DNA from: Eledone cirrhosa
Lineage: Eukaryota
Assembly: GCA_964016885.1 (NCBI GenBank)
Contig: OZ024741.1
Location: forward strand, 38,998,001 to 39,062,000
Length of the DNA: 64,000 nt
Reading direction: 5' to 3'
Positions 36,058-47,520 of the stretch are shown here, one piece after another (positions within the stretch are counted from its first letter, which is position 1; every line of letters begins with the position of its first letter). Position numbers and translations under genes: made by a program. A model generated the notes under the pieces. That model had not been told where the DNA came from. It made no database searches and was given only the letters and a program-made list of their open reading frames with translations.

Positions 36058-36280
36058 ATATATATATTTCGTTTCTGAATTTGTTTAGCAAGATTCTTTA
36101 TCTGAAATCGTGTGTTGAAACCGATATTGTTATACTTTGGGAGGGTCATGTTGCCAATAAGAAACACAATAAGAAACCGGATGTGGCGCATGCGCAGACT
36201 GAGCACACAACACACACACAGAAACAAAATGGCGTAGGACAGAAAAAAGGAGAGGCACAGAAACAAAGAAAGGAATCCCC

Positions 36281-36325
36281 GGTCACTGAAGAGGTCACAG
36301 AGTGTGTGACGAAAGAACTATGACT
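36281..36325 (+). ncRNA. Minimal type I hammerhead candidate (family F)
   Basis: GGTCA-CTGAAGA-G-GTCACA GAGTG TGTGAC-GAAA-GAAC-TA-TGACT, inside the fold-back element 36060-36481. Confidence 0.7.
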
Positions 36326-36474
36326 ATATATAAACAACTATCTGGTTGTGGAACCAACGAACCAACCAGAAATTTATAAATTTATAAATTTATAAATTTA
36401 TGAATATATAATAAATTGAAGTGAAGCAACTGGTGCGTGTGTTTCTTATTGGCAACATGACCCTCCCAAAGTAT

Positions 36475-36505
<31 letters not shown>

Positions 36506-36507
36506 CA

Positions 36508-36594
<87 letters not shown>

Positions 36595-36785
36595 CATATA
36601 TATATATATATATAGTTGTCGGTACAAACGACATCACAACCAAATGGACTTGATCATATACACGTGGTTTCATCTGAAACCGCTGGTAGTGTGGAGTTAA
36701 GTCAAACTGTTAATGTAAATATACATATATAAATGTGTGTGTGTATATATATACGCATATATCCATACACAGACGCATATATACA

Positions 36786-36826
<41 letters not shown>

Positions 36827-37179
36827 TACCCTGCCCTAAAACTTTACGTTCCTATGGTACATCACAGAAGAAATACTGAAAACTATAACTATGCAGACGT
36901 CGGTTTCGGTTCATTGACAGTATAAAGACTGTTGTACCCTGAAAAGACTGGGTGCATTCTCTTTGGACCAAAGAAATTATTCAAAAATAGCATAACATTC
37001 TTTCGTGAAACAGTTGGGGGAAATGATATGTTTTTCACAAACTACTTGAAAATATCTTGGCACCACTTCTGATAAACCTCACAACTTTCAAGAATATAAA
37101 TACTGAAAAATACTAAAATATATGAAAATTCAAGAGTGAAATTTTCATGTAGACACCATAAATGTGTGGAGATAACAAA

Positions 37180-37250
<71 letters not shown>

Positions 37251-37252
37251 GA

Positions 37253-37298
<46 letters not shown>

Positions 37299-37314
37299 AA
37301 GAGACAGAGAAAGA

Positions 37315-37372
<58 letters not shown>

Positions 37373-37506
37373 TGCATATATACATATATATATATATATA
37401 AATACAGATGCATATATATTTACATATATATATATTTGTGTGTGTGTGTGTGTGTCGTGGGTGGGTCTGTTTGTGGGTGTCTGAGTTTATGTCTGTATAT
37501 ACACAC

Positions 37507-37555
<49 letters not shown>

Positions 37556-37659
37556 GGAGAGAGAGAGAGAGATTGTGTGTGTGTGTGATAAAGACAACAT
37601 TACTTTATTAAAAGACCATGAATTGGCAGCGCAATAGCTAGAACACCGTATAGAAATTC

Positions 37660-38975
37660 TTGTGATATCCTAACTCTCGTATTCAAATCTCTCTAAGGTC
37701 AACTTTACCTTTCATCGTTCGGGGTCGATAAAATAAAAAAAATCCCATTCCATGGCAATAAGTTGATAGAAATATTTGAGCGTTGGACGAGAAACATTGC
37801 AGTATCTGTTCCGGTAATTTGCATACTGAGTTCAAATTCCGCCAAGAAATTAAATTCTCCCCAAGAGCTTCGGCTAAACCAATGGGTCGAGGCTGATTTT
37901 GAAAGCTTCAGTGGGTAAAGTGTGTTGTGACCTTTTGCTACAGTAGATGGCGAAGACAACAGCTGTATGCAGGGAATGCTAGATGCACCTCCGTCGGTTT
38001 CAATGATAAGTGTTCCAGTTGTTCGATCAACGAAACAGCCTTCTCGTGAAATTAATGAGTAAATAGATGATTATTCACATGCTTCTCTGGAAGATTCTGC
38101 GTAACACAATCTATGATAAAGCTGATCCATTGAATTACAAATATATTCCACCGGACAACCCTCCAAACAGTTTCTAGCTACGCAATTTTACTCACAGTGC
38201 ATGGATCGACTTGAAGCTATGGTAAAAGACACTCGCGCAAGATGTCATGTAGTGGAATTGAATGCGGGACCTAATGATTGCGAAACAAACTTCTTAACCG
38301 TTCGGCTGGGCTGTGTCCACATAACCTGGTTCTCTGCATATTAAATAGCAAGAATAAACTACAAGTCATTCACAATGGTGCGATATATCAAAACACCACT
38401 GGTGAGGAACGTAGATAGATAATCCAGAACCTATTTCAGCCACCATAACTGTTTCATTCGTTCAGTCAAAGGAACAGCCATCTTGTCGAATTAATGTAAA
38501 AAGTGGTTGAATATTCTACGGATATGTATAACTTTAATGTAACTTCAACAAGGTATATTGTGTGAGAAGCCTGTTATATTGAATGACAGACCCTTGTGCA
38601 TTATACGGGTTTCTAAACAGTTGCTGTCAACCAAATGTAACTCACAAGACCTCGATCGTCCCATGAATATGATACATGACACCTGCCAAAGATGCTAAGC
38701 AGTGGAGTTGAACCGAGAACCTTATGAATATGAAGTGTACTTCTTAACCATCCGGTAATATTGGTTTCTGATTTTAGGTACAAAGCCAACAATTTGGAGA
38801 AGGGAAAAAGTTGATTAAATCGACACCAGTACATCACCAGTTCTTTATTTTATCGACCTCGTAAGAATGAAAGCAAAGCTAACCGCGGCAGGATTTGAAC
38901 TCCGATAGTAAAAGGACGTAACTCTATGTCATAAAGCATGTTGTCCGACGCTCTACCTATACTGCCAACCGCCCT
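37660..38975. mobile_element. Cluster of old degenerate SINEs
   Basis: Family 1 cores at 37680-37745 and 38758-38975. Repeated GGAACAGCC..CT.GT.AAATTAATG segments at ~38030 and ~38470. Confidence 0.55.
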
Positions 38976-39535
38976 TGCCTCTTATTTAATGTAGAAGTTT
39001 ATAGATTATATTAAACAATAGGCATTTATTTTAGAACATAGCAGTAAATATGTATATATGTATGTATGGATGTGTGGATGTATGTCTATTACGTAAGTAT
39101 CCCAATCAGTCACTTTCTCCCCCAACCCACCCTTCCTCTCTTTTTACTTTCTTAACTCCTCTTTAATACATCATTATTATTACCTCCCCTCCTTCTTTTC
39201 TCTCTCTTCTCCCCATATCCCGTTATATATTTCCTCTTATGGAGCATGCGTTGTATAGTAACTGCAACAGATTTCATCTTCTGTATTCCTGTATTCCTGT
39301 ATTCCTGCATTCCTACACCTTGTAATTCCGACTGAGTGACTAGTTCGAATACTATATGCCCTAAATATACTCTGATTGTATTTACCTCGTAATTTTTTAT
39401 TCCTTTAAAATTATATTTTATTGGAAGATTTAAGACAAATTTAATGTAGATAATAATTTTAATATTTTAATTAGAAGCTTTTATCGTGAATAAAATGGAG
39501 TGTAAATGCTTTCAAGTATTCTTCTATGGGCAAAC

Positions 39536-39676
<141 letters not shown>

Positions 39677-39766
39677 AACATGAATGGACCTGTTATTTTA
39701 ATCTAAAGACATTTTTTTCCAATTGCAACCCGCCCGTCCACTCAATCTATCTTATTTCTCATTCTT

Positions 39767-39802
39767 TCTTCTGATGAAGGACTAGCGTCCGAAACGTTAA
39801 GA
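39767..39802 (+). ncRNA. Minimal PLE-type hammerhead
   Basis: TCTT-CTGATGA-A-GGAC TAGC GTCC-GAAA-CG-TT-AAGA, with palindromic ACGT stem III. Confidence 0.75.
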
Positions 39803-39886
39803 CCCTCTTCCTGCTATATCAAGCGTTAACCTAATATATACCTTCCATATACTGTACCGATTATGTTGTTATTTCTGATTACCTTT

Positions 39887-39951
<65 letters not shown>

Positions 39952-39955
<4 letters not shown>

Positions 39956-40557
39956 TACAGTATGTCCATAGAATCATTTGATAATATATATACACCATTT
40001 CCTCTCCCAATTAGCATAATCAACCACACAAAAAACTAATTAAACCAGGCTATAAGATTAAAAGGCACCTATGAAGAAATAGTAGATAAATAAACGACAG
40101 CCATCTATTTGCGATCAACAGCTATAGAATATTTACCCAACATTTCAATACCACGTGGAAATCGATTAAATATACCGTCAACCATACACAATTAGGTATA
40201 AAATTAAAGTTAGAAGAAAAAAGCATATACACATACCAGGATTGCGTTTCTAACCTTAGGGTTTCGTTCGCTTTCGGAAATATCCTATCAAGGATAAAGT
40301 CTCGAGCTTCGAACTCATCAGGAAACAAACTCACTTGAACAAAGATTTTTCTTAAATGAACGCCGCCAGAAACGAATTCAAAATGGCTAAGAACTGTGAC
40401 GTGGCAGTGGTCAAGTCAGAAAGAATGTGATTGGTGCCTTACGGCGAGTGGGCTAGTTGCTAGAAAGCGCAGCCCAATATTGCCCAAATTGCATCTCAAC
40501 CTTATGGGAGATTATCAAATATAAAGATTTACATGTACACAAACTAGACAAAGTCAC
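39952..40557 (-). mobile_element. PLE-type terminal fragment, family E, with hammerhead at 40246-40326
   Basis: Minus strand GTTTC-CTGATGA-GTTCG...CGAAC-GAAA-CCCTAAGGT-TA-GAAAC. (TA)n lies on both sides. Confidence 0.7.
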
Positions 40558-40613
<56 letters not shown>

Positions 40614-40618
40614 ATTAT

Positions 40619-41147
40619 TATTATAAATGTAAGCTATCGCCGTATTTTGACTAAAGAAATTAAAGACATTATTTCGCCTGATAGTGAGGTTAAGAACCCT
40701 CGGAGAAATGGAAAAAGATGAGTATTGACGTACATGGTAGTCAATACTCATCTCTTTCCATTTCTCCGAGGGTTCTAAACCCCACTATCAGGCTAAATAC
40801 TTTCTTTAATTTCTTTAATCAAAATACGGCGATAGCTTACATTTATAATAATTTCAAACCCGCTCGCTGTTTCGAAAATATTCTTACTTGACATTACAGT
40901 CGCTAAGTTTATAGCTTCTAATTTGAATAAAAAAGGACGGGTGATGTGTTGGTGTAAATGGTAGCACAGTGGTCCGGATAACCAAAGACGTGGATTCGAC
41001 TCCCATGTACGTCAATACTAACCTTTTTCCATTTCTCCGAGTGTTCTTAACCCCACTCTCAGACTAAATAATTTCTTTAATCAAAATACGGCGATAGCTT
41101 ACATTTATAATAATTTCAAACCCGCTCGCTGTTTCGAAAATATTCTT
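40619..41147 (+). mobile_element. tRNA-containing repeat unit in inverted plus tandem arrangement
   Basis: 40619-40737 is inverted to 40740-40855, followed by about 1.4 tandem units. tRNA-like segment at 40943-41014. Confidence 0.7.
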
Positions 41148-41348
41148 ATTATATATATATATATATATTAGTTAGTATTTTTTTCACCTTAGCGAATCTG
41201 GTCCCTTACGATTTGAACACATATATGTATATCTGTATTTATCCCTCTTTTATATTCAATTATAATATACCGCTCGGAAAAATCTCTTTCATTGTAAGAG
41301 ACTATTTCATTGTAAGAGACTATTTTGAGTTTCTAACACAATATATAC

Positions 41349-41390
<42 letters not shown>

Positions 41391-41394
<4 letters not shown>

Positions 41395-41585
41395 AAAAAG
41401 TATGACCCCGACGGCAGAGCTCAAGCCGTTTCGACGGCTATTTCAGTCCAGAAATAGCCATCGAAACGGCTTGAGCTCTTCCGTCGGGGTCATACTTTTT
41501 CCTATTTCCCACTCTACTACCCTAAGTATTGAGTACTCTGGTGCGTGCGTTATGGTCCATCTGGTTCCTTACCACAATTCCTTTG

Positions 41586-41587
<2 letters not shown>
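41391..41587 (+). mobile_element. Fold-back PLE terminus, family A subfamily
   Basis: Palindrome plus tail in (TA)n. Confidence 0.8.
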
Positions 41588-41668
<81 letters not shown>

Positions 41669-41998
41669 TATAAACTCAAATAGTCTTTTACAATTAAATA
41701 GCTCAAAGAAAGGAATATTTCCGAACCGTGTAATACAAATGAATATATGATAGGGATAAACACTGATACAAGTATACATGTGTTCGTATTGCAAATGACC
41801 AAGTTACTAATTAAAATAATACGGTTTGCCTGTCTCGATTTAAAATAATAAATCAATAAAAACAAACCTATATTGGCAATAGCCGTGATACCCGGACAAA
41901 TTTAAAATTTAAAATTTAAAATTTTAAAAATTGTTTCGCAACAATTAAGTGAAAGTTCCTATTCCTGTATCAGTGTTTATCCCTATTCATTTGCATAT

Positions 41999-42030
<32 letters not shown>

Positions 42031-42146
42031 TGTTTATCATTATTTCGTGGGCCGAGATTCTGATTCTCGATTATTTACTTGTATATATATATATATGGGT
42101 ACCATTTGCGTTTCTGGCTAAGGATCCCTTTTTATTATCGGACGGA

Positions 42147-42285
42147 ACCCGTTGAGAAAGCTCTTCCGCGTCCAGTCCTTCTCTAGAAGTCTTATACATT
42201 TTTTTATGTGGGCTGATAGTGAATGGATTAAGGAATTGCAGAAACCCAAGAAGCTAGATTTAACACCCCTCTAGCGGGTCCGGGT
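42147..42285 (+). ncRNA. Type I hammerhead candidate with U3:A8 core
   Basis: ACCCG-TTGAGAA-AGCTCTTCC...GGAATTGCA-GAAA-CCC..(GCTAGA/TCTAGC hairpin)..GGG-TC-CGGGT. Confidence 0.65.
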
Positions 42286-42543
42286 AAGTTTTTTACATTC
42301 ATTTAATTTATTGATTTATTGATATTTTATTTGAGTGACCAGAATCTTCCTGGTCGTTCTTTTTCGGCTGTACGAGTGATTTTAGGCATAATCTCTATGT
42401 GTTGGTAATTTAACGATGGTTATAGCTCTGATTTATCCAAATTATTGAGCCCTCTGCCACACATATCGGATATTGTTTATCGTTAATTCGTGAGCTGTTT
42501 TTCCGATTCTCGATTATTCTACTATATATATATATATATATAT

Positions 42544-42734
42544 ATAGGAACCAGTAAGAGCCCAACGGCTGAGCTCAAGCCGTTTCGACGGCTAATTCTC
42601 AGAATTAGCCGTCGAAACGGCTTGAGCTCAGCCGTCGGGGTCTTACTGGTTCCTATTACCCACTCTACTACCCTAAGTATTGAGTACTTTGGTGCGTTAT
42701 GGTCCACCTGGTTCCTTATCACATTTCCTTCGTT
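42544..42734 (+). mobile_element. Fold-back PLE terminus, family A
   Basis: Palindrome plus tail in (TA)n. Confidence 0.85.
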
Positions 42735-42778
42735 ATATATATATATATTAGACATATATATATTTATATATATATATT

Positions 42779-42870
<92 letters not shown>

Positions 42871-44131
42871 TAGCGGGGATGGGATGTGATAATCTAGTGA
42901 AAGGTTGTGTAGTGTGCGCTGCTGGCATGGCATGTCATGTAACGCTATCTGAGTAAGGTGTAAGGTAAGTGAGTCCAGACAATAGTTCGTTGGTTCAGCG
43001 TGAAGGTAACATCTGCTTGTAAAGCCAGGAAACAGTGAGAAGTCGGCTGCTACTGTACTTGTACTTTCATTACAGCTCACATCATGTCAGTCACCGTCCC
43101 TCCTCCTAGTCATCCCCCCCCCCCCCCCTCCACGACGACTATCACCGTCGCTTCCACCACCACGACTACCATCGTCCCTCCCTCCTCCACGACTACAACC
43201 GCCCCTCTCTCACCACGATTACCCCCGTCCCTCCCTCCACCACAACTACCACCGCCCCTCCCCATCTCCCCGCTCACTCACTCAGACGCAGCTGTGCTCA
43301 GTTCGGATCAGTTGCACGATGGTAGACAGCAACAGAAACATATGTATATTACGTTATGTATGTATGTATGTTACGTTATCTTATGTATGTATGTATGTAT
43401 GTAACGTTTTGCTATGTATGTATGTACGTATGTATGTAACGTTATGCTATGCATGTATGTATGTATATATGTATGTATGTATTACACCCACATGTATATA
43501 TATATAAGCATATAACATTTATGTTAAGCTGTTTACTAATTTGTAGAAGTGGTGGTTCTGGTTGGTAAATCATGGTGCAACAAAACAATTAAAGCACTCA
43601 ACGTTATGCAAGTCATCCATCGTAGATGTGGTGTCCAATGGTTGGTGCAGGGACGGAGTAAAATGCAGAAGGAGGGGCTGGAAAAATTACCTTTATAATT
43701 TTAATCCCGCGAAAGCACTATATATATTTCGATGGACCAGCTCTATCATCCGACTCTGATGGTTATTTGACGAATTATATAACAGGATTACGTTTAGCCT
43801 AAACTAGAAAAGAAGGTAGGAGAGAAAAAAATAGATAGAAAATATAAAATTCGATTCGGGGACAGCTTGCTAATATAGTGTTATATCGATAGCAGCCGGT
43901 CATATAAATAAGTATGTATGTATGTATGTATGTATGTATGTATGTATGTATGTATGTATGTATGCATGTATGTATGTATGTATGTATGTATGTATGTATG
44001 TATGTATGTATGTATGCATGTATGTATGTATGTATGTATGTATGTATGCATGTATGTATGTGTGAGTGTATGTATGTAATGTGTGTGAGTATGTATGTAT
44101 GTGGGTGTGTATGTATGTGTGTATGTATGTA

Positions 44132-44162
<31 letters not shown>

Positions 44163-44390
44163 GTGTGAATGTATGTATCTATGTATGTGTGTATGTATGT
44201 ATGTGTGTGTGTATGTATGTGTGTGTATGTATGTATGTATGTATGTATGTATGTATGTATGTATGTGTGTGTGTATGGTTGTGTATGTGTGTATATATGT
44301 ATGTGTGTATATATGTATGTGTGAGTGTATGTATGTATGTATGTATGTATGTATGTATGTATGTATGTATGTATGTATGTATGTATGTAT

Positions 44391-44876
44391 GTTATCTCTT
44401 TCTCTTAATTTCGAGTATATTTTTCTGACCGGCCACCTTCCTGGTGGCAAGGTTGTAAAAGAAAAGATATTGTCATCCCTTGAATCGCTAGAATGTTTTG
44501 CAAATTTTGAAGGTGCCAGCTATCGCAGTCATTTGTAGACTATGAATTAGGGAGCTGCGCTATTTGTCCGCAAATACAAGTTCAGTCATACTTTGGTCCA
44601 AGCGAGTTGGTATATAACCCGTAGCTCCAATAATGATGGGTATGAAGCTAAAGGAGTATCTTGGATACTGGATTTGTAAACTCCTCATCAATGGTCCGTA
44701 GATGTCCTCCTTCTCCTGTATTTTTCTGACAACGTTTACATCAAGTGGGCAGCTGATCTCTACAACAGAACACGTTTTCAATGTGTGGTCCCAAACAACA
44801 ATATCAGGCCGGTTGTGCTTTAATTTGGTGGCAGTTTTTATTTTCAGGTTCGACCAGTATTCCTTAGTGCCATCTG
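44391..44876 (-). mobile_element. 3' fragment of an RLE-type (R4-like) LINE in a (TATG)n tract
   Basis: KHNRPDIVVWD...VVEISCP.D...EKE..Y...FIPIIIGATG. (TATG)n lies on both flanks. Confidence 0.8.
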
Positions 44877-45102
44877 TCTGTATGTATGTATGTATGTGTG
44901 TGTGATTGTATGTAAATATGTGTGTGTGTATGTATGTGTGTTTGTAGGTATGCATGTATGTGTGTATGTGTGTATGTATGTCTGTATGTATGTATGTATA
45001 TGTGTGTATGTATGTATGAATATAAAGGGCTGTAACTCTTTGCTGCAAAGCATGGCGTCCGCCCTCTACCGATACTACCAATCCATTATATATATATATA
45101 TA

Positions 45103-45427
45103 TAATTGTTTCTACTATTGGCACAAGACCGGCAATTATATCAGTGCGTAACTGGTACTTTATTTTATCCACCCCGTAAGGATGAAAGGCGAAGTTAACC
45201 TTGGCGGGATTTGAACACAGACCGTAAAGGGACGTAACTATATGCTGGAAAAAATGGCGTCCGACCCTCTACCAATACTGCCAATTCCCCGCCCTTTATA
45301 TATATATAATTGTTTCTACTTTTGGCACAAGGCCAGCAAATTACCCAGTACATTACTGGTACTTTATTTTATCGACCCCGTAAGGATGAAAGGCAAAGTT
45401 AACCTCGGCGGGATTTGAACTCAGAAT
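45103..45427 (-). mobile_element. Two tandem SINE family 1 copies
   Basis: Copies at 45103-45297 and 45308-45427. Confidence 0.85.
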
Positions 45428-45491
45428 TATATATATATATAACGATATATAATTATATATATATATATATATATATAATTATATATATAAT

Positions 45492-45534
<43 letters not shown>

Positions 45535-45536
<2 letters not shown>

Positions 45537-46349
45537 AGGTGTGTCAGAAATGTTCCAGGACTGATGTCACAAAAGATTTATTTCAAACCAAAACTTCACA
45601 CTAAGAGTTTTCTCCTTCAAAGTAATCCCTCTGGAGCCTAATGCACTTTCCATCCTTTTCTGCCACACTTGCATGTACTCCTGGAAGGATTCTTCCGGGA
45701 TCCTCCGCAGTTCCGTCGTCACGGCCTTTTTGATGTCGTCCACGTCTTCAAAACGGGTCCCCTCCGGGTCGTACTCGAAGATCCATGACTCATCACCGGT
45801 GATGACTGTCCCTAGCAAGTCTGGTTTCAAGACGCTCGAGGATGTCCTGGCACACTTGCATGCGTCGACCCTTCTGGTCATCGTTCAGCAGTTTTGGCAC
45901 CATCTTCGCGCAGACTTTCCGCATGACCAAATCCTCAGTGAGAATCTTCCAGGCACTGTCCCGTTTCATACCCAGCTCATTTGCCATCAGTCGAACAGTC
46001 AGCCGACGATTGCTACGCACCATCTGCCTGACGCGCTCAACGTTGACCTCAGTCCTGGTTGTTGAGCGCCTTCCACTCCTGGGGTCATCTTGCACCACTC
46101 AAAAACACGTGAGCGTAACATCGTCTCAACTCCATACACTTGCTGCAGCAATCCCAGTGCTTCTGATGGAGTTTTCCCCAAACGTACCAGAAACTTCAAT
46201 TATGAAGAAAAAAGTTTGATCGCTGCAGAGAGCTAAGATTACAATTACATACTCCAGGGGGATTACTTTGAAGGAGAAAACTTTCAGTGCGAAGTTTGGT
46301 TTTGAAATAAATCTTTTGTGACATTATATGGAGCTTTTCTGACACACCT

Positions 46350-46351
<2 letters not shown>
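45535..46351 (-). mobile_element. Internally deleted mariner element
   Basis: ~100-bp inverted termini beginning CGAGGTGTGTCAGAAA. Peptides KFLVRLGKT, DDPRSGR, CAKMVPKLL and ITGDESWIFEYDPE joined directly to GTRFEDVDDIK, so the catalytic core is deleted. Confidence 0.9.
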
Positions 46352-46407
<56 letters not shown>

Positions 46408-46781
46408 AGAATGAAACGAAATTTCATTTCTCACTCTCAGTACGGCACCCACCCAAATGTAAGTATGTATGTATGTATAATAAATGTTCCGTAAACCGAT
46501 ACGTGCATATATATATATATGTATGCATGTATGTATATATATACATGCTGCTGTACGTCTGTATACATATATGTATGTACGTATACATACATACTTACAT
46601 TTGGGTGGGTGCCGTACTGAGAGTGAGAAATGAAATTTCGTTTCATTCTATTCCATTTATCGTTTTCGGTGTGCCCCGCCGACTAAACTCACTCGATATG
46701 CAAACTAGGCTGCTCAGCCGTTAATATGCATAAGGAAAGTATATACTTTCAGACGTTCACCCATCTGAAAGGAAGGTATAC

Positions 46782-46820
46782 GATGCTGACGATAGCTAAT
46801 AAGCTTGAAACTAGTACATC
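46782..46820 (+). ncRNA. Minimal type I hammerhead
   Basis: GATG-CTGACGA-TAGCT AATA AGCTT-GAAA-CTAG-TA-CATC, with palindromic ACTAGT stem III. Upstream flank is homologous to 7180-7290. Confidence 0.78.
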
Positions 46821-47435
46821 ATTCCTGTGTCAGTGTTGAACAAAAAGGTGACGTGGTTGTCTAAACACTGTACGGCGTAATTCGGGCTGTTTGTTTGTTT
46901 ACAAACAAACAAACCGAGCATTATAATAAATGTTCGGTAAACCGATACGTGCATATATATATATGTGTGCATGTATGTATATATATACATGCTGCTGTAC
47001 GTCTGTATACATATATGTATATACGTATACATACATACATACTTACATATATATATATATATATATATACATCCATATATATATCCATATATAGTTAAGT
47101 ACGGCTATATACAGGTAGCTGCCTGTCTATTCCAGTGCACACCTATTATGTACTGATCACACAATTATTTTGAGAAATATAGTTTACCAACGTTGAATGA
47201 CCACCTGAGGCTTACGAAATACTCCCTTGCTGTTTAGATGATGTGAGAAACAATAGTAAGATCTGTGATACAGACACCACCAAATGATAATTGCGTTTGT
47301 CATTTTTACACCTCACTGAAGTGAAAATCAAAAACTAACATTATTTCTCTAGAGGACGACTGTGAATAAAAGTGAGCGATTTTTGTCTCAAAAGGTTACA
47401 AATTTGATAGTGTAACCTGTCTATCTATCTATATA

Positions 47436-47520
<85 letters not shown>

